Assembly: GCF_963921235.1 (NCBI RefSeq)
Contig: NC_086108.1
Span: 54,252,001 to 54,316,000 of the forward strand
Length of the DNA stretch: 64,000 nucleotides
Direction: 5' to 3'
DNA from: Mobula hypostoma
Taxonomy: Eukaryota
A program made the position numbers and the translations under genes. Under the pieces are notes generated by a model. That model saw only the letters and a list, made by a program, of their open reading frames with translations. It was not told the DNA's origin and searched no databases. Of this stretch, positions 39,595 to 50,383 are shown in pieces (within the stretch, counting starts at the first letter, position 1; the number at the start of each line of letters is the position of its first letter).

Positions 39595-40552
39595 AAAGTT
39601 AAAAGTAAAATTTATGATCAGAATACATACATATCACCACATACAACCCTGAGATTCTTTTTCCTGCTGGCATTCTTAGCAAATCTGTAGAACAGTAACT
39701 GTAAATAGAATCAATAAACAACAAACTGTGCAAATGCAAATACAGATAAATAGCAATAAATAACGAGAGCATAAAGCAATAAGGTAAAGAGTCCTTAAAG
39801 TGAGACTGTTGAATGTGGGAACACCGGAATTAGAATGAGTATAGTTATCTTCTTTTGTTCAAGAGCCTGATGGTTGAAGGCTAGTAACTGTTCTTGAACC
39901 TGGTGGTGTGAGTACTGTGGCACTTGTACCTTCTGCCTGATGGCAGCAGTGAGAAAAGAGCATGGCCTGAGTGATGAGGATCTTTGATGGATGCTGCTTT
40001 TTTACAGCAACGTTTCATGCATGTGCTCAATGGTTGGGAGGGCTCTACCTGTGATATACTGGGGTAAATCCACTATGTGTTGTAGTATTTTCTGCTCAAA
40101 GGCATTAATGTTCCCATACCAACCTCTAATGCAGCCAGTCAATACACTTTCCATCACACATCCATAGACGTTTGTCAAGGTTTTTGATGACATGCTGAAT
40201 CTCTGCAAACTCCTAAGGAAGTAGAGGTGCTGTCGTGCTTTCCTTGCAATTACATTTATATGATGTGTCCAGGACGGATCCTCCAAGATTGTGACACCAA
40301 GGAATTTAAAGTTATTGACCATCTCCACCTCTGATCCTCTGATGAGTGCTGGCTCATGGACCTCTCGTTTCCCTCTCCTGAAGTTTACAATCAGTTCCTT
40401 GGTCTTGCTGACATTGTTGTTATTACACCACTCAGCCAAATTTTCATTCTCCCTCCTGGATGCTGATTCATCATCACCTTTGATACGGCCCACAACAGTG
40501 GTGTCATCAGCGGACCTGTATATGGTGTTGAAGTTGTACTTGGCCGCACAGT
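39595..40552 (-). mobile_element. Rex-Babar-like LINE, 5'-truncated
   Basis: ADDTTVVG, VSKTKELIV, FKFLGV motifs (within ORF 40002-40718) plus 3' UTR. Confidence 0.85.
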
Positions 40553-43500
40553 CACAGGACTGATAATTCTGACATAGGAGCAGAATTAGTCCATCTGGCC
40601 CATTGAGTCTGCTCTGCCATTCAATCATTATAACAGAAAATAGAAAAGGTGAGTGGGATGAGTGCAGGTTGGTGGGACTAGGTGAGAATAAGAGTTTGGC
40701 ACGGACTAGAAGGGCCAAGATGGCCTGTTTCCGTGCTGTAATTGTTATATGGCTAAAAGGGCAATGTTATGATAGTCATGGGAGATTTGAACATGCAGAT
40801 CAATTGGGGAAAATCAGGTTTGCACTGGATCTCGAGAGTGAGTTTATTGAATGCCTAAGAGATAGCTTTTTAGAGCAATTTGTCGTTGAGCCTACTAGGG
40901 GATCAACTATACTGGATTGGGTGTTATGTAATGAACCGAGGCGATTAGGGAGCTTAAGGTAAAAGAACCCTGAGGGACCAGTGATCACAATATGATTGAG
41001 TTCAACTTGAAATTTGATAGGGAGAAAGTAAAGTCTGATGTAGCACTATTTCAGTGGAGTAAGGAAAATTACAGTGGTATGAAAGAGGAGTTGGCCGGGG
41101 GGGACTTCCGGGTCATCAAGGGAATGGCGGCGTAAGGAAAAGGTCTCTCGACAAAAAAGAAGGTAAACTGCCCCAAAATCGAATTTAGACAAATACTTAA
41201 TATTGCATAACTATATTAATAAAAGGGGCAAGGATAATGTCTAAGAACAAGATTAAAAAGTCCGCTCCGAAGGCTGATAAACATAAAGAGACGCAGCAAA
41301 GCGACGGGCCTAGCTCCCCCACGGCAAGCCAGGACGGAGATAATGAGGGGGAATCAGTGACTCTGTCTTTGATTCTCGGAGAGATTCGTGAGTTCCGACA
41401 AGATAACAGCACACAACTGGAAGATATTAAAGGAGAAATAGTAAAAACTAACTTGCGGATAGATGAAGCCGAAGCGAGGATTGTTGGAATTGAAGAGAAG
41501 CTACAAAACGCCGAGGAAGTGATAGCAGAAATGCTGAAGCTACAAGACCAGCTCCAGTGGAAACTAATAGATCAAGAAGGCCGCTCGAGAAGGGAAAATG
41601 TGAGGATCTACGGAGTTCCCGAAGGAACTGAAGGTAAACCCGGATTGATGATTCCCTTCGTGGAGAAGCTACTTAGAGAGAACCTTGATATACCGGCCGC
41701 AAAAGACCTACAGATAGAAAGGGCTCACTGCGCGTTGGCGCCACAGCCTCCGGCAGGCGCCCAGCCCAGATCGATTCTGGTCAGATTTCTCAGTTACAGA
41801 ACGAAGGAAGAGGTGCTTAAAAGGGCATGGCAAAAGAAAGGTTTCATGTGGAACAAATGTAAAATCAGTTTAGACCACGACTACGCACCGGGGATTCTTG
41901 CCAGACGGAAGGAATATACGGAAACACGGAGAGTCCTGAAGGAAAACAACATCAGATTCCAGACCCTGTATCCAGCTTGGCTGAGAGTCTTTTACGACGA
42001 AGGGACAAAAACTTACGCTACGGTGGAGGAGGCAACGTCGGACCTGGCGGACCGGAGACTACCTATTAAAGTTATCACCCAACCGGAGTTGCTACTGGAG
42101 AGGATTCGGCAGAAGTCGTGGCAGTTAGTGGGGCGAGGACGCTCCACATGAGCCAGAGTGTCAAACTACAAAGAAAAGCTGCAAATATTCAGACGCGAAT
42201 GTACAGAGAACACAGATTAATTAAGAGAAATGACTGAAAAGAGTAAATCGGACTTAAAGGTAAAATGAAAACTGGTAACTGAAAATAAACTAGGCGGAAT
42301 AACTTGAATGATAGCAATTTGGTCGAGACATAAATAGGAGAAAATTCTCTATGATTATTCAAACTGCTGAGGGCCCTCTAACACGGGGTGAAGATGGAGG
42401 TTATCCCTCTGAACTGAGGCGGGTCAGTGCTCAGGCCTCACTGTGGGAAGTCGGGAGAAATTTTCAAATGTTACACGTTCAAAAATGTCTAGGGTGTGGT
42501 TATATGTCTTGGTTTACTGTTGAGAAAGGGATTGCTTACTGTTTGGTTAGAAAAGGAGTGTTTTTTTTCTACTAGAGAAAAATGCAAACTGAATTGGTAA
42601 AAATAATTTCCTGTAATGTTAATGGGGTTTTGAATCCAATTAAAAGAAATAAGATTATGTCTAAATTGAAAAAAGAGAGGGCACAAATAGCTTTCCTCCA
42701 GGAAACACATATGAGCCAATCTGAACATGGAAAATTAAAAAGAATGGGCTTTAAGCATGTATTTTATTCATCATGTAAATTGAGTCACGAAAGACGGGTA
42801 GCTACTTTAATATCAAGTACTCTTAATTATGAACATATTTCAGAGACTAGAGACAAAGAAGGACGGTTTGTAAAAATCACAGGAAGAATAGAAGGTACAG
42901 AAATAATATTGCTGAATGTTTATGCTCCTCCAGGTTGTGAATGGTCATTTTATAGACACATTTTTGACCTAATGGTCAGTTCTCAAGGGGTAGTAATTTG
43001 TGGAGGGGATTTTAATATTAGATTAAATCCTATATTAGATTCTTCAAGAATAGTTACTCAGAATAAACCTCTGTCTCGGAAAGTGAATTCATTGATGGAG
43101 GAGTTGGGAATTATAGATGTCTGGAGGGAATTACATCCTACTAGTAAAGATTATACATATTACTCTTTCCCTCTAGAGGCACTAGACAGGGATGCCCAAT
43201 TTCTCCTCTCCTTTTTGTGCTATATATTGAACCGCTTGCCCAACTAATAAGACAGAACGAAATCGTAAAAGGTATCAAGGTGGCAGGGATTGAATAGAAA
43301 GTGGCGTTATTCGCAGATGATGTTTTGGTCTATCTGAGTGAACCAGAAAAATCATTTATAGGATTGTTTACACTGTTGGATGACTTTGGGAAAATATCAG
43401 GTTATAAAATAAATGTAAAGAAAATGCAGGTTATGTCCCTAAATTACACACCATCCAAAAAATTGCAGGATACATACGATCTTAAGTGGGAAGCTAAATC

Positions 43501-45472
43501 ATTAAAATAATTAGGAATAACCCTGCCGAAGGATCTTTCAACACTGTCACAGGTAAATTATGGGCCATTAAACTCAGAGATAAAAGCAGATATGCATAGA
43601 TGGAATCTTATCCCCTTTTTAAGTTTAAATTCAAGGATAAATACTATAAAAATGAATATTCTTCCTCAGTTATTGTATCTTTTCCGTACTTTACCGGTGG
43701 AGGTGGATGATGATCAATTCAGGGAATGGGACAAATGGATTTCCCGCTTCATTTGGCAAGGAAAGAAACCTAGAATTCGATATAACACCTTACAGTTAGG
43801 GAAGGAAGGAGGAGGTATGGTTCTTCCTTGCCTGAGAAATTATTTTTATGCCTCACAGATAACCCCTCTGTTATATTGGTGTAATAGGGAATATAAGGCT
43901 AGATGGAAGGAAATAGAATTTGGATTAGTTGACAGTTTTCCTCTACAGGCCTCAATAGCTGACAAAGGATTGATGGCCCAGTTGGAAAAATTTAAAAACG
44001 GTTGGATAAATCTTACATTAAAAGTATGGCAGAAGGTGGTTAATTCATGTGGAATTAATAACATGTTAAAACTCTTTAGATGGTGTGCATATGATACCGA
44101 ATTCCTTCCCAACAGAGGAGATAAAAGATTTGAGCTATGGATAAAGAAAGGTCTTACAACCTACCTCTCATTTATAGATAAAAGAGTATTACAAAGTTTC
44201 CAAATCCTGCGGGACAAACATGGCCTAGAACATAATGACTTTTTTAGGTACCTTCAAGTACGAAACTATGTTAACCAGAGTTGTAGATATACAGACCTAT
44301 CAACAGTAGAATTAGAATGTTTCAAGATTCTGAAGTCGGCTTGCAGTTCAATACCTAGTAGATCAGTTTCTCGATTATATAATGCACTCTCCCATGCTAA
44401 AAATGTAAATACACTGTATATTAAAGAGAAGTGGGAGAAAGAAGCGGGGTTGGTACGTTCAGAGGAGGCTTGGGGGAAAATCTGCAGCTTTCAATGGTCC
44501 TCGACTAATTCTTTGACTTGGAGAGAACATTGTTGGAAAAACATTATAAGATACTTCAAGACCCCATATCAGGAAAAATATAAAGATACAAATGTGATGT
44601 GTTGGAGAAGGTGCGGCTCCAAGGAGGCAAATCATTTTCATATTTTCTGGGATTGCCCTAAATTAAGTCTATATTGGGAAGGTATTCATAGAACATCAGT
44701 AAAGGTACTTAGGTCCCAGATACCTCTGAACTTTGAGACGCTCTATTTGGGGCATGTATTGTTTCTTGAATAGAAGGAAGATATAAAGTTGCTGCAGGCC
44801 CTCTTAGCGGCAAGTAAGAAATCAATCACTAGAAAATGGCTAAATCCAATACCACCTACATTCGAAGATTGGCACAAAATTATCTTGGAAATATTTAAAA
44901 TGGAAAAGTTGACTTACTCCCTGAGAATTCAGAAAGAAAAATTTTATCAAATCTGGAATAAATGGATTGAATATATAACCCCAATGCGAGCAGACTTTAG
45001 ATGACTCTCCTAATGATTTATACTGCTCTTCCCATCAACACAGTAATATTGCTAACGTAAGCACCCCTAGTCTAAATGTCTTTTTTTTTGTTTTCTTTTG
45101 GAAAATAGAGAATTAACACAAGTAAAGGGAAAGATTTGGGAAAGGGATAAAAAAAAATGAAAAAATTAAGTAAATAAGTACATAGGGATTGGATAATTAT
45201 GTCTGCGGGCAGGAGCAAGCATGAACAAATTTGGATATAAACACCTACAATGGTTGTTACATAGGCTTATATACAACATTTTGGACCAGTGGAAATGGTC
45301 CAGAAGGGTTATATGGAAACTATTATTACCATTTTTCTTAACAACTAATACTATTACTTAGCCTAATAGGTTAGATTTATCAGAGTACATAATTATCTAT
45401 TTAAGTGTTTATTTTCCTTTTATATCATCTCAATGTGTACTTAAGAATGTATAAATAATTGTAGTTTTATAC

Positions 45473-48400
45473 TGTTACGTACCCCGTAACTGGGTTGCCA
45501 AACCAGCAGAAATGGATCACTCAGTTGGAGTCTGGAGTACTAGAACTAAGAAAGTTTTATTAAAGAAACAAGCAACACAGTAATCGAAAGGATAATAAAT
45601 GCAACAGTTCAGTGATGATAAACACACATGTGCACAGAATTAAGATAACAGCATCAATCAAGCTCTATCGTTGTCTAGGGGTAAATGACCAATTTCAAAA
45701 TGACTCAAAGTTCAGTCCAGTTTAGTAGTTCAGTTCGCAGTAATCGTTGCCATGGCGGTGGACAACGTGGGGGAAGAGAGAGATAGAATAGGAACAACTC
45801 ATCATTCAGAACGGCTTCACTCACAGACCAGCAAGATGGCTCACAGACAGCATTTGGGCGGGTCCTTGGTGATGTCACCTGAGGTCACCGACTGTGACCC
45901 CTCCTCCAGATGCGGTCGATCCTCTGCAGTGAACCCGGCACCCAGGCAAGGGCGGACACACACCGGGTTCCCGCTGATCGTACCTTTCCACCCTTGTCGT
46001 TGTCTGGGACTTCTCACCCACTCGTGAGAAGCGCACCGCTTCCAGGGTCTCGTTACCTCGGGTGGCGTGTGTCTGTCTTAGCGAACCTGTCCCTTTTTAT
46101 CCCCCTGCTGGGGTATCGCCTGTCCATCACTTCAAACAGTTCAGGGTTCAAAGGGGGGAGCCGCTCCAGACAGCTCTTCCTCCCACATCCCTTCATTACA
46201 CATCTCCAGACGCTGCTCCATTGTTCCTTATCTCTCCTTCCCCTGAGGGCAGGTGGCAGACCAACTGCTGATGCCACTGATGCTAGCCCAGGCCAGCAAA
46301 CATCTTAATTTTATGTGTATTCTCGTAACACTTCCCCCCTTTAAGGATTTTTACCGGGAGGTAAAAATTACAAACATGACTACATTATCTGATACATACA
46401 CAATATACATCTTTAACAGTTATTTAGCTAATACAGAGAATTTGAAGCTGTCAACACCTTGACAGACAGTCATCACATTTTCTGTTCCTTTTACACGTGT
46501 TATTTATAATCCCTTAGACCAGGCTCCAACTCAGCAAACTTCATAGTGGCCAAAAACACTGATGAATTGCGACCAATGTAACCTCTCATTTGGTTTTGTC
46601 CCGGACCACAACAACAAGGGTCGTCCCATTCCGACTCAATTTTCTCTCGCAAGGGCTTAGTAGGAGGGGGACGGGTATTGACCGCAGAGTTATTGCAAAA
46701 CTTCCTGCAGTACCCCACCATCTCCAAAAGCCTTCTGAGGGCCCTCTTGTCTGTCGGGGTTGGGAGGTCAGCGATAGCCTGCACTGTAGCTTGCATCACT
46801 GCCAGCTGCCCCTGTGTCACCACAATTCCCAGGTAAGTGACATTCTTGTGGCCGAATTCATTTTTTCCAAGGTTCACTATCAAGCTGGCTTCAGACAGCC
46901 GTGTTAAATTGCCAATACACACCTCTGTGTTCATCAGCCCTTTAGTCACTGAATTACTCAAAAAATATGGGTGTTGTTTACTTGGCTGCCCTATTGTAAC
47001 AGACATAACCCAACGTCCCAGTTCTTTGCATTTCCTCGGGACAATCAAACACATAGGTGCGAGTCGTTTAATTACTCCTTCTAAAGATTCGCTTTGTTCG
47101 GGGATTAAGGGAGAGACCTTATCAGTAGACCTGGCCAAAACAATAGCCTTCTCCCATCTGACCGATCCCATCCTAATCTTTTCAAAATGGTTCTTTCCTC
47201 TTATCAAGGGGCCCCTAGCTTCATTGATTTCCACGCTAACACCGACTAGGTTTGTTAGCATATCAAAAGCCGGTGACCGTCTCAGTTCGCGTCGGTCATG
47301 ATCAATAACATTCTTCCCCCTGGGCAGCCGGTAAATCTCTTTCATGATTCCACCAACTGTTTCCTCCAGCACCGCAAAATGTCCACCGGGGGGTACCTCG
47401 TGGGCCATGTTAAAAACCTCATCCCCGTAACTCTTTTGCACCACCCCCCACTCCTCATCTGCGGATGCTGTACTTGATTTCCCTTTCTTCCTTAGCACTT
47501 CCTCATCCGCACAATAGCCTACTAGTTCCCTTGTCAAGGCTGTGTCAGAGAGAGCTGTCTCGGCCAAAACCATCAGCCCCTCGTCTCGCTCCTGCGTCTG
47601 CACAAATTCTTTCCTGGCTACTGCTACGTCCGTCCCAGCTCCCTCACTACCTCTTATCTCACTACACCCTGTCTCATACAAGGTTGGCAGAAATGTTTCA
47701 GCCAAATTCACCATCGCGGGCGGGGCCTCCATGCTGGCAGGCTGACCCGTCAATCTCACGACTGGGAACACGATTCCTCCGGCGATGTCATTACCGAGCA
47801 AGACTTCCACGTCTTTCATCGGTAATTCGGACCTCACCCCGATCGTGACTAGTCCAGAGACCAGGTTGCTCTGTAAATGTATCTGGTGCAAAGGGACTGA
47901 CTCTGTCCCTTCCCCAACACCTTTGACCTCTACCTCCCCAGTCTGGGTCTCTGAGCTAAACTCGAATACACTCTTCAGTATTAGTGACTGACACGCTCCC
48001 GTGTCTCTCCAGATCCGCACTGGAACTGGTTTTAACCTCTCCTTCACTGACACCAGTCCGGCCGAGATAAACCTCTCGCGCCCTTCCTGGACTTTTTCAG
48101 ACCTGTCCTTCCCTAGCGGTTCGCTTAACAGCTCAATACAGCCATTCAAAATTTCCACTTTTCCTTTCCCCGTCTCCTTCCTTGGGGCAAAGCACCTGGA
48201 CGCAAAGTGTCCGACTTTCCCACAATTATAACAGACGACCCCAGGAGACTTCCTACCAGACTGCTCCCGGTCTACCTTATCCTTTTCACTAGTCCCCGGC
48301 TTACTTTCTGACTTTTCCGGTGGACTCTCCCCGCCGTCCTGACTACCCTTCTGGTAGCCTTTACTCGGGGCAACCTTCATTTTATGCGTCAACGCATACT

Positions 48401-50383
48401 CATCCGCTAACTTAGCAGTTGCGGCTAACGTGGCTGCCTCTTTCTCATCGAGGTAGGGTCTCATACCCTCAGGGACACAACCTTTAAACTGCTCAATCAG
48501 AATCAGCTGCAGCAGTCTGTCATAATCCCCCTCTACCCCCTTCGAGGCGCACCAACGCTCACAATATGTTTGCATCTCACGAGCAAACTCCAAATACGTG
48601 CGGTCCCACCGCTTCCTCGCATTCCGGAACCTCTGCCGGTATGCCTCCGGGACCAACTCATAAATCCTGAGGATGGCCTCCTTCACCACCTCATACTTCT
48701 GGGCATCTTCCGCGGATAAAGCTGAGTAAGCTTGTTGGGCTTTCCCTTTCAGTACACTCTGAAGTAAGACAACCCACTTATCCCTCGGCCAGTCCTGACT
48801 TATAGCTACTTTTTCGAAGTGGAGAAAGTACTGATCCACATCGGTATCGTCAAATGGGGGAACCAGCCTAACCTCCTGGGTCGCCCGGAACCCTCCACCT
48901 TGGTTCGGCACGAGCCCCTGCTCGGCCCTTATCTTTAACTTCTCCAGCTCAAATTCCCTTTCCCTCTGTTTCTCCTCTCTCTCCAACTGCCTGTCCCTCT
49001 CTCTCTCTTCTCTCTCCAACTGTCTTTCTCTCTCTTGCCTTTCTACCTCTTTCTCTCTCTCCCGCCTTTCTAACTCTCTCTCTTTCTCCTGCCTTTCTAA
49101 CTCTCTCTCTTTCTCCTGCCTTTCTAACTCTCTCTCTTTGTGTTCTAACTGCCGTACCCGGAACTCGTGCTCGAGTCTCAGTTTTTCAAGCTGTACCTGT
49201 ACCGCGTCTCCAGCAGGTTTTTCAATAGACACCTCCCCCAGCTCACCTTGGGGAAACACACCTTTAGATACATAGTGCTCTACAATAGCTCTGTGTATCT
49301 CCTCTCTCCTCATTGTCGACTTCACCTTAGCAAGATTCACCCGTTTGGCCACAGCTATCAATTCCGATTTCCTGGCATCCTCTAATGCCTCCAAGGTCGG
49401 CGCCTTTATAAATTCCTCAACCTCCATTTCTGCTGTTTGTCTTTTCTTTCTTTCGGGAATTTTAACCCAATCAATTTACTCCGTCCCAAATTTAGCGTTC
49501 AAAATCCCGGACGAGCCCCCACTTATGTTACGTACCCCGTAACTGGGTTGCCAAACCAGCAGAAATGGATCACTCAGTTGGAGTCTGGAGTACTAGAACT
49601 AAGAAAGTTTTATTAAAGAAACAAGCAACACAGTAATCGAAAGGATAATAAATGCAACAGTTCAGTGATGATAAACACACATGTGCACAGAATTAAGATA
49701 ACAGCATCAATCAAGCTCTATCGTTGTCTAGGGGTAAATGACCAATTTCAAAATGACTCAAAGTTCAGTCCAGTTTAGTAGTTCAGTTCGCAGTAATCGT
49801 TGCCATGGCGGTGGACAACGTGGGGGAAGAGAGAGATAGAATAGGAACAACTCATCATTCAGAACGGCTTCACTCACAGACCAGCAAGATGGCTCACAGA
49901 CAGCATTTGGGCGGGTCCTTGGTGATGTCACCTGAGGTCACCGACTGTGACCCCTCCTCCAGATGCGGTCGATCCTCTGCAGTGAACCCGGCACCCAGGC
50001 AAGGGCGGACACACACCGGGTTCCCGCTGATCGTACCTTTCCACCCTTGTCGTTGTCTGGGACTTCTCACCCACTCGTGAGAAGCGCACCGCTTCCAGGG
50101 TCTCGTTACCTCGGGTGGCGTGTGTCTGTCTTAGCGAACCTGTCCCTTTTTATCCCCCTGCTGGGGTATCGCCTGTCCATCACTTCAAACAGTTCAGGCT
50201 TCAAAGGGGGGAGCCGCTCCAGACAGCTCTTCCTCCCACATCCCTTCATTACACATCTCCAGACGCTGCTCCATTGTTCCTTATCTCTCCTTCCCCTGAG
50301 GGCAGGTGGCAGACCAACTGCTGATGCCACTGATGCTAGCCCAGGCCAGCAAACATCTTAATTTTATGTGTATTCTCGTAACA
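45473..50383 (-). mobile_element. Gypsy (Gmr1-like) LTR retrotransposon, non-autonomous, very young
   Basis: 858-bp TG...CA LTRs (45473-46330, 49526-50383); 4-bp TSD atac; tRNA-Pro PBS TGGGGGCTCGTCCGGGATT (49521-49503); PPT at 46331-46342. Confidence 0.96.
46500..49427 (-). CDS. Gag (E/R-rich coil, SCAN-like capsid, CCHC knuckle) plus aspartic protease plus vestigial IN/RT, 975 aa
   Basis: CYNCGKVGHFASRC, WRDTGA, AHEVPPGGHF, VTYLGIVV and PTPTDKRALRRLLEMVGYCRKF motifs. Confidence 0.9.
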   Translation of the reverse strand: MEVEEFIKAPTLEALEDARKSELIAVAKRVNLAKVKSTMRREEIHRAIVEHYVSKGVFPQGELGEVSIEKPAGDAVQVQLEKLRLEHEFRVRQLEHKERELERQEKERELERQEKERELERREREKEVERQERERQLEREERERDRQLEREEKQREREFELEKLKIRAEQGLVPNQGGGFRATQEVRLVPPFDDTDVDQYFLHFEKVAISQDWPRDKWVVLLQSVLKGKAQQAYSALSAEDAQKYEVVKEAILRIYELVPEAYRQRFRNARKRWDRTYLEFAREMQTYCERWCASKGVEGDYDRLLQLILIEQFKGCVPEGMRPYLDEKEAATLAATAKLADEYALTHKMKVAPSKGYQKGSQDGGESPPEKSESKPGTSEKDKVDREQSGRKSPGVVCYNCGKVGHFASRCFAPRKETGKGKVEILNGCIELLSEPLGKDRSEKVQEGRERFISAGLVSVKERLKPVPVRIWRDTGACQSLILKSVFEFSSETQTGEVEVKGVGEGTESVPLHQIHLQSNLVSGLVTIGVRSELPMKDVEVLLGNDIAGGIVFPVVRLTGQPASMEAPPAMVNLAETFLPTLYETGCSEIRGSEGAGTDVAVARKEFVQTQERDEGLMVLAETALSDTALTRELVGYCADEEVLRKKGKSSTASADEEWGVVQKSYGDEVFNMAHEVPPGGHFAVLEETVGGIMKEIYRLPRGKNVIDHDRRELRRSPAFDMLTNLVGVSVEINEARGPLIRGKNHFEKIRMGSVRWEKAIVLARSTDKVSPLIPEQSESLEGVIKRLAPMCLIVPRKCKELGRWVMSVTIGQPSKQHPYFLSNSVTKGLMNTEVCIGNLTRLSEASLIVNLGKNEFGHKNVTYLGIVVTQGQLAVMQATVQAIADLPTPTDKRALRRLLEMVGYCRKFCNNSAVNTRPPPTKPLREKIESEWDDPCCCGPGQNQMRGYIGRNSSVFLATMKFAELEPGLRDYK

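Noticed and set aside
45752..46308. Duplicated ORFs (also at 49805-50361) as paralogous genes
   Set aside because: They lie inside the two LTRs.
48940..49160. E/R-rich repeat as a captured trichohyalin- or myosin-like gene
   Set aside because: Low-complexity 27-bp tandem expansion within Gag, with no specific similarity.
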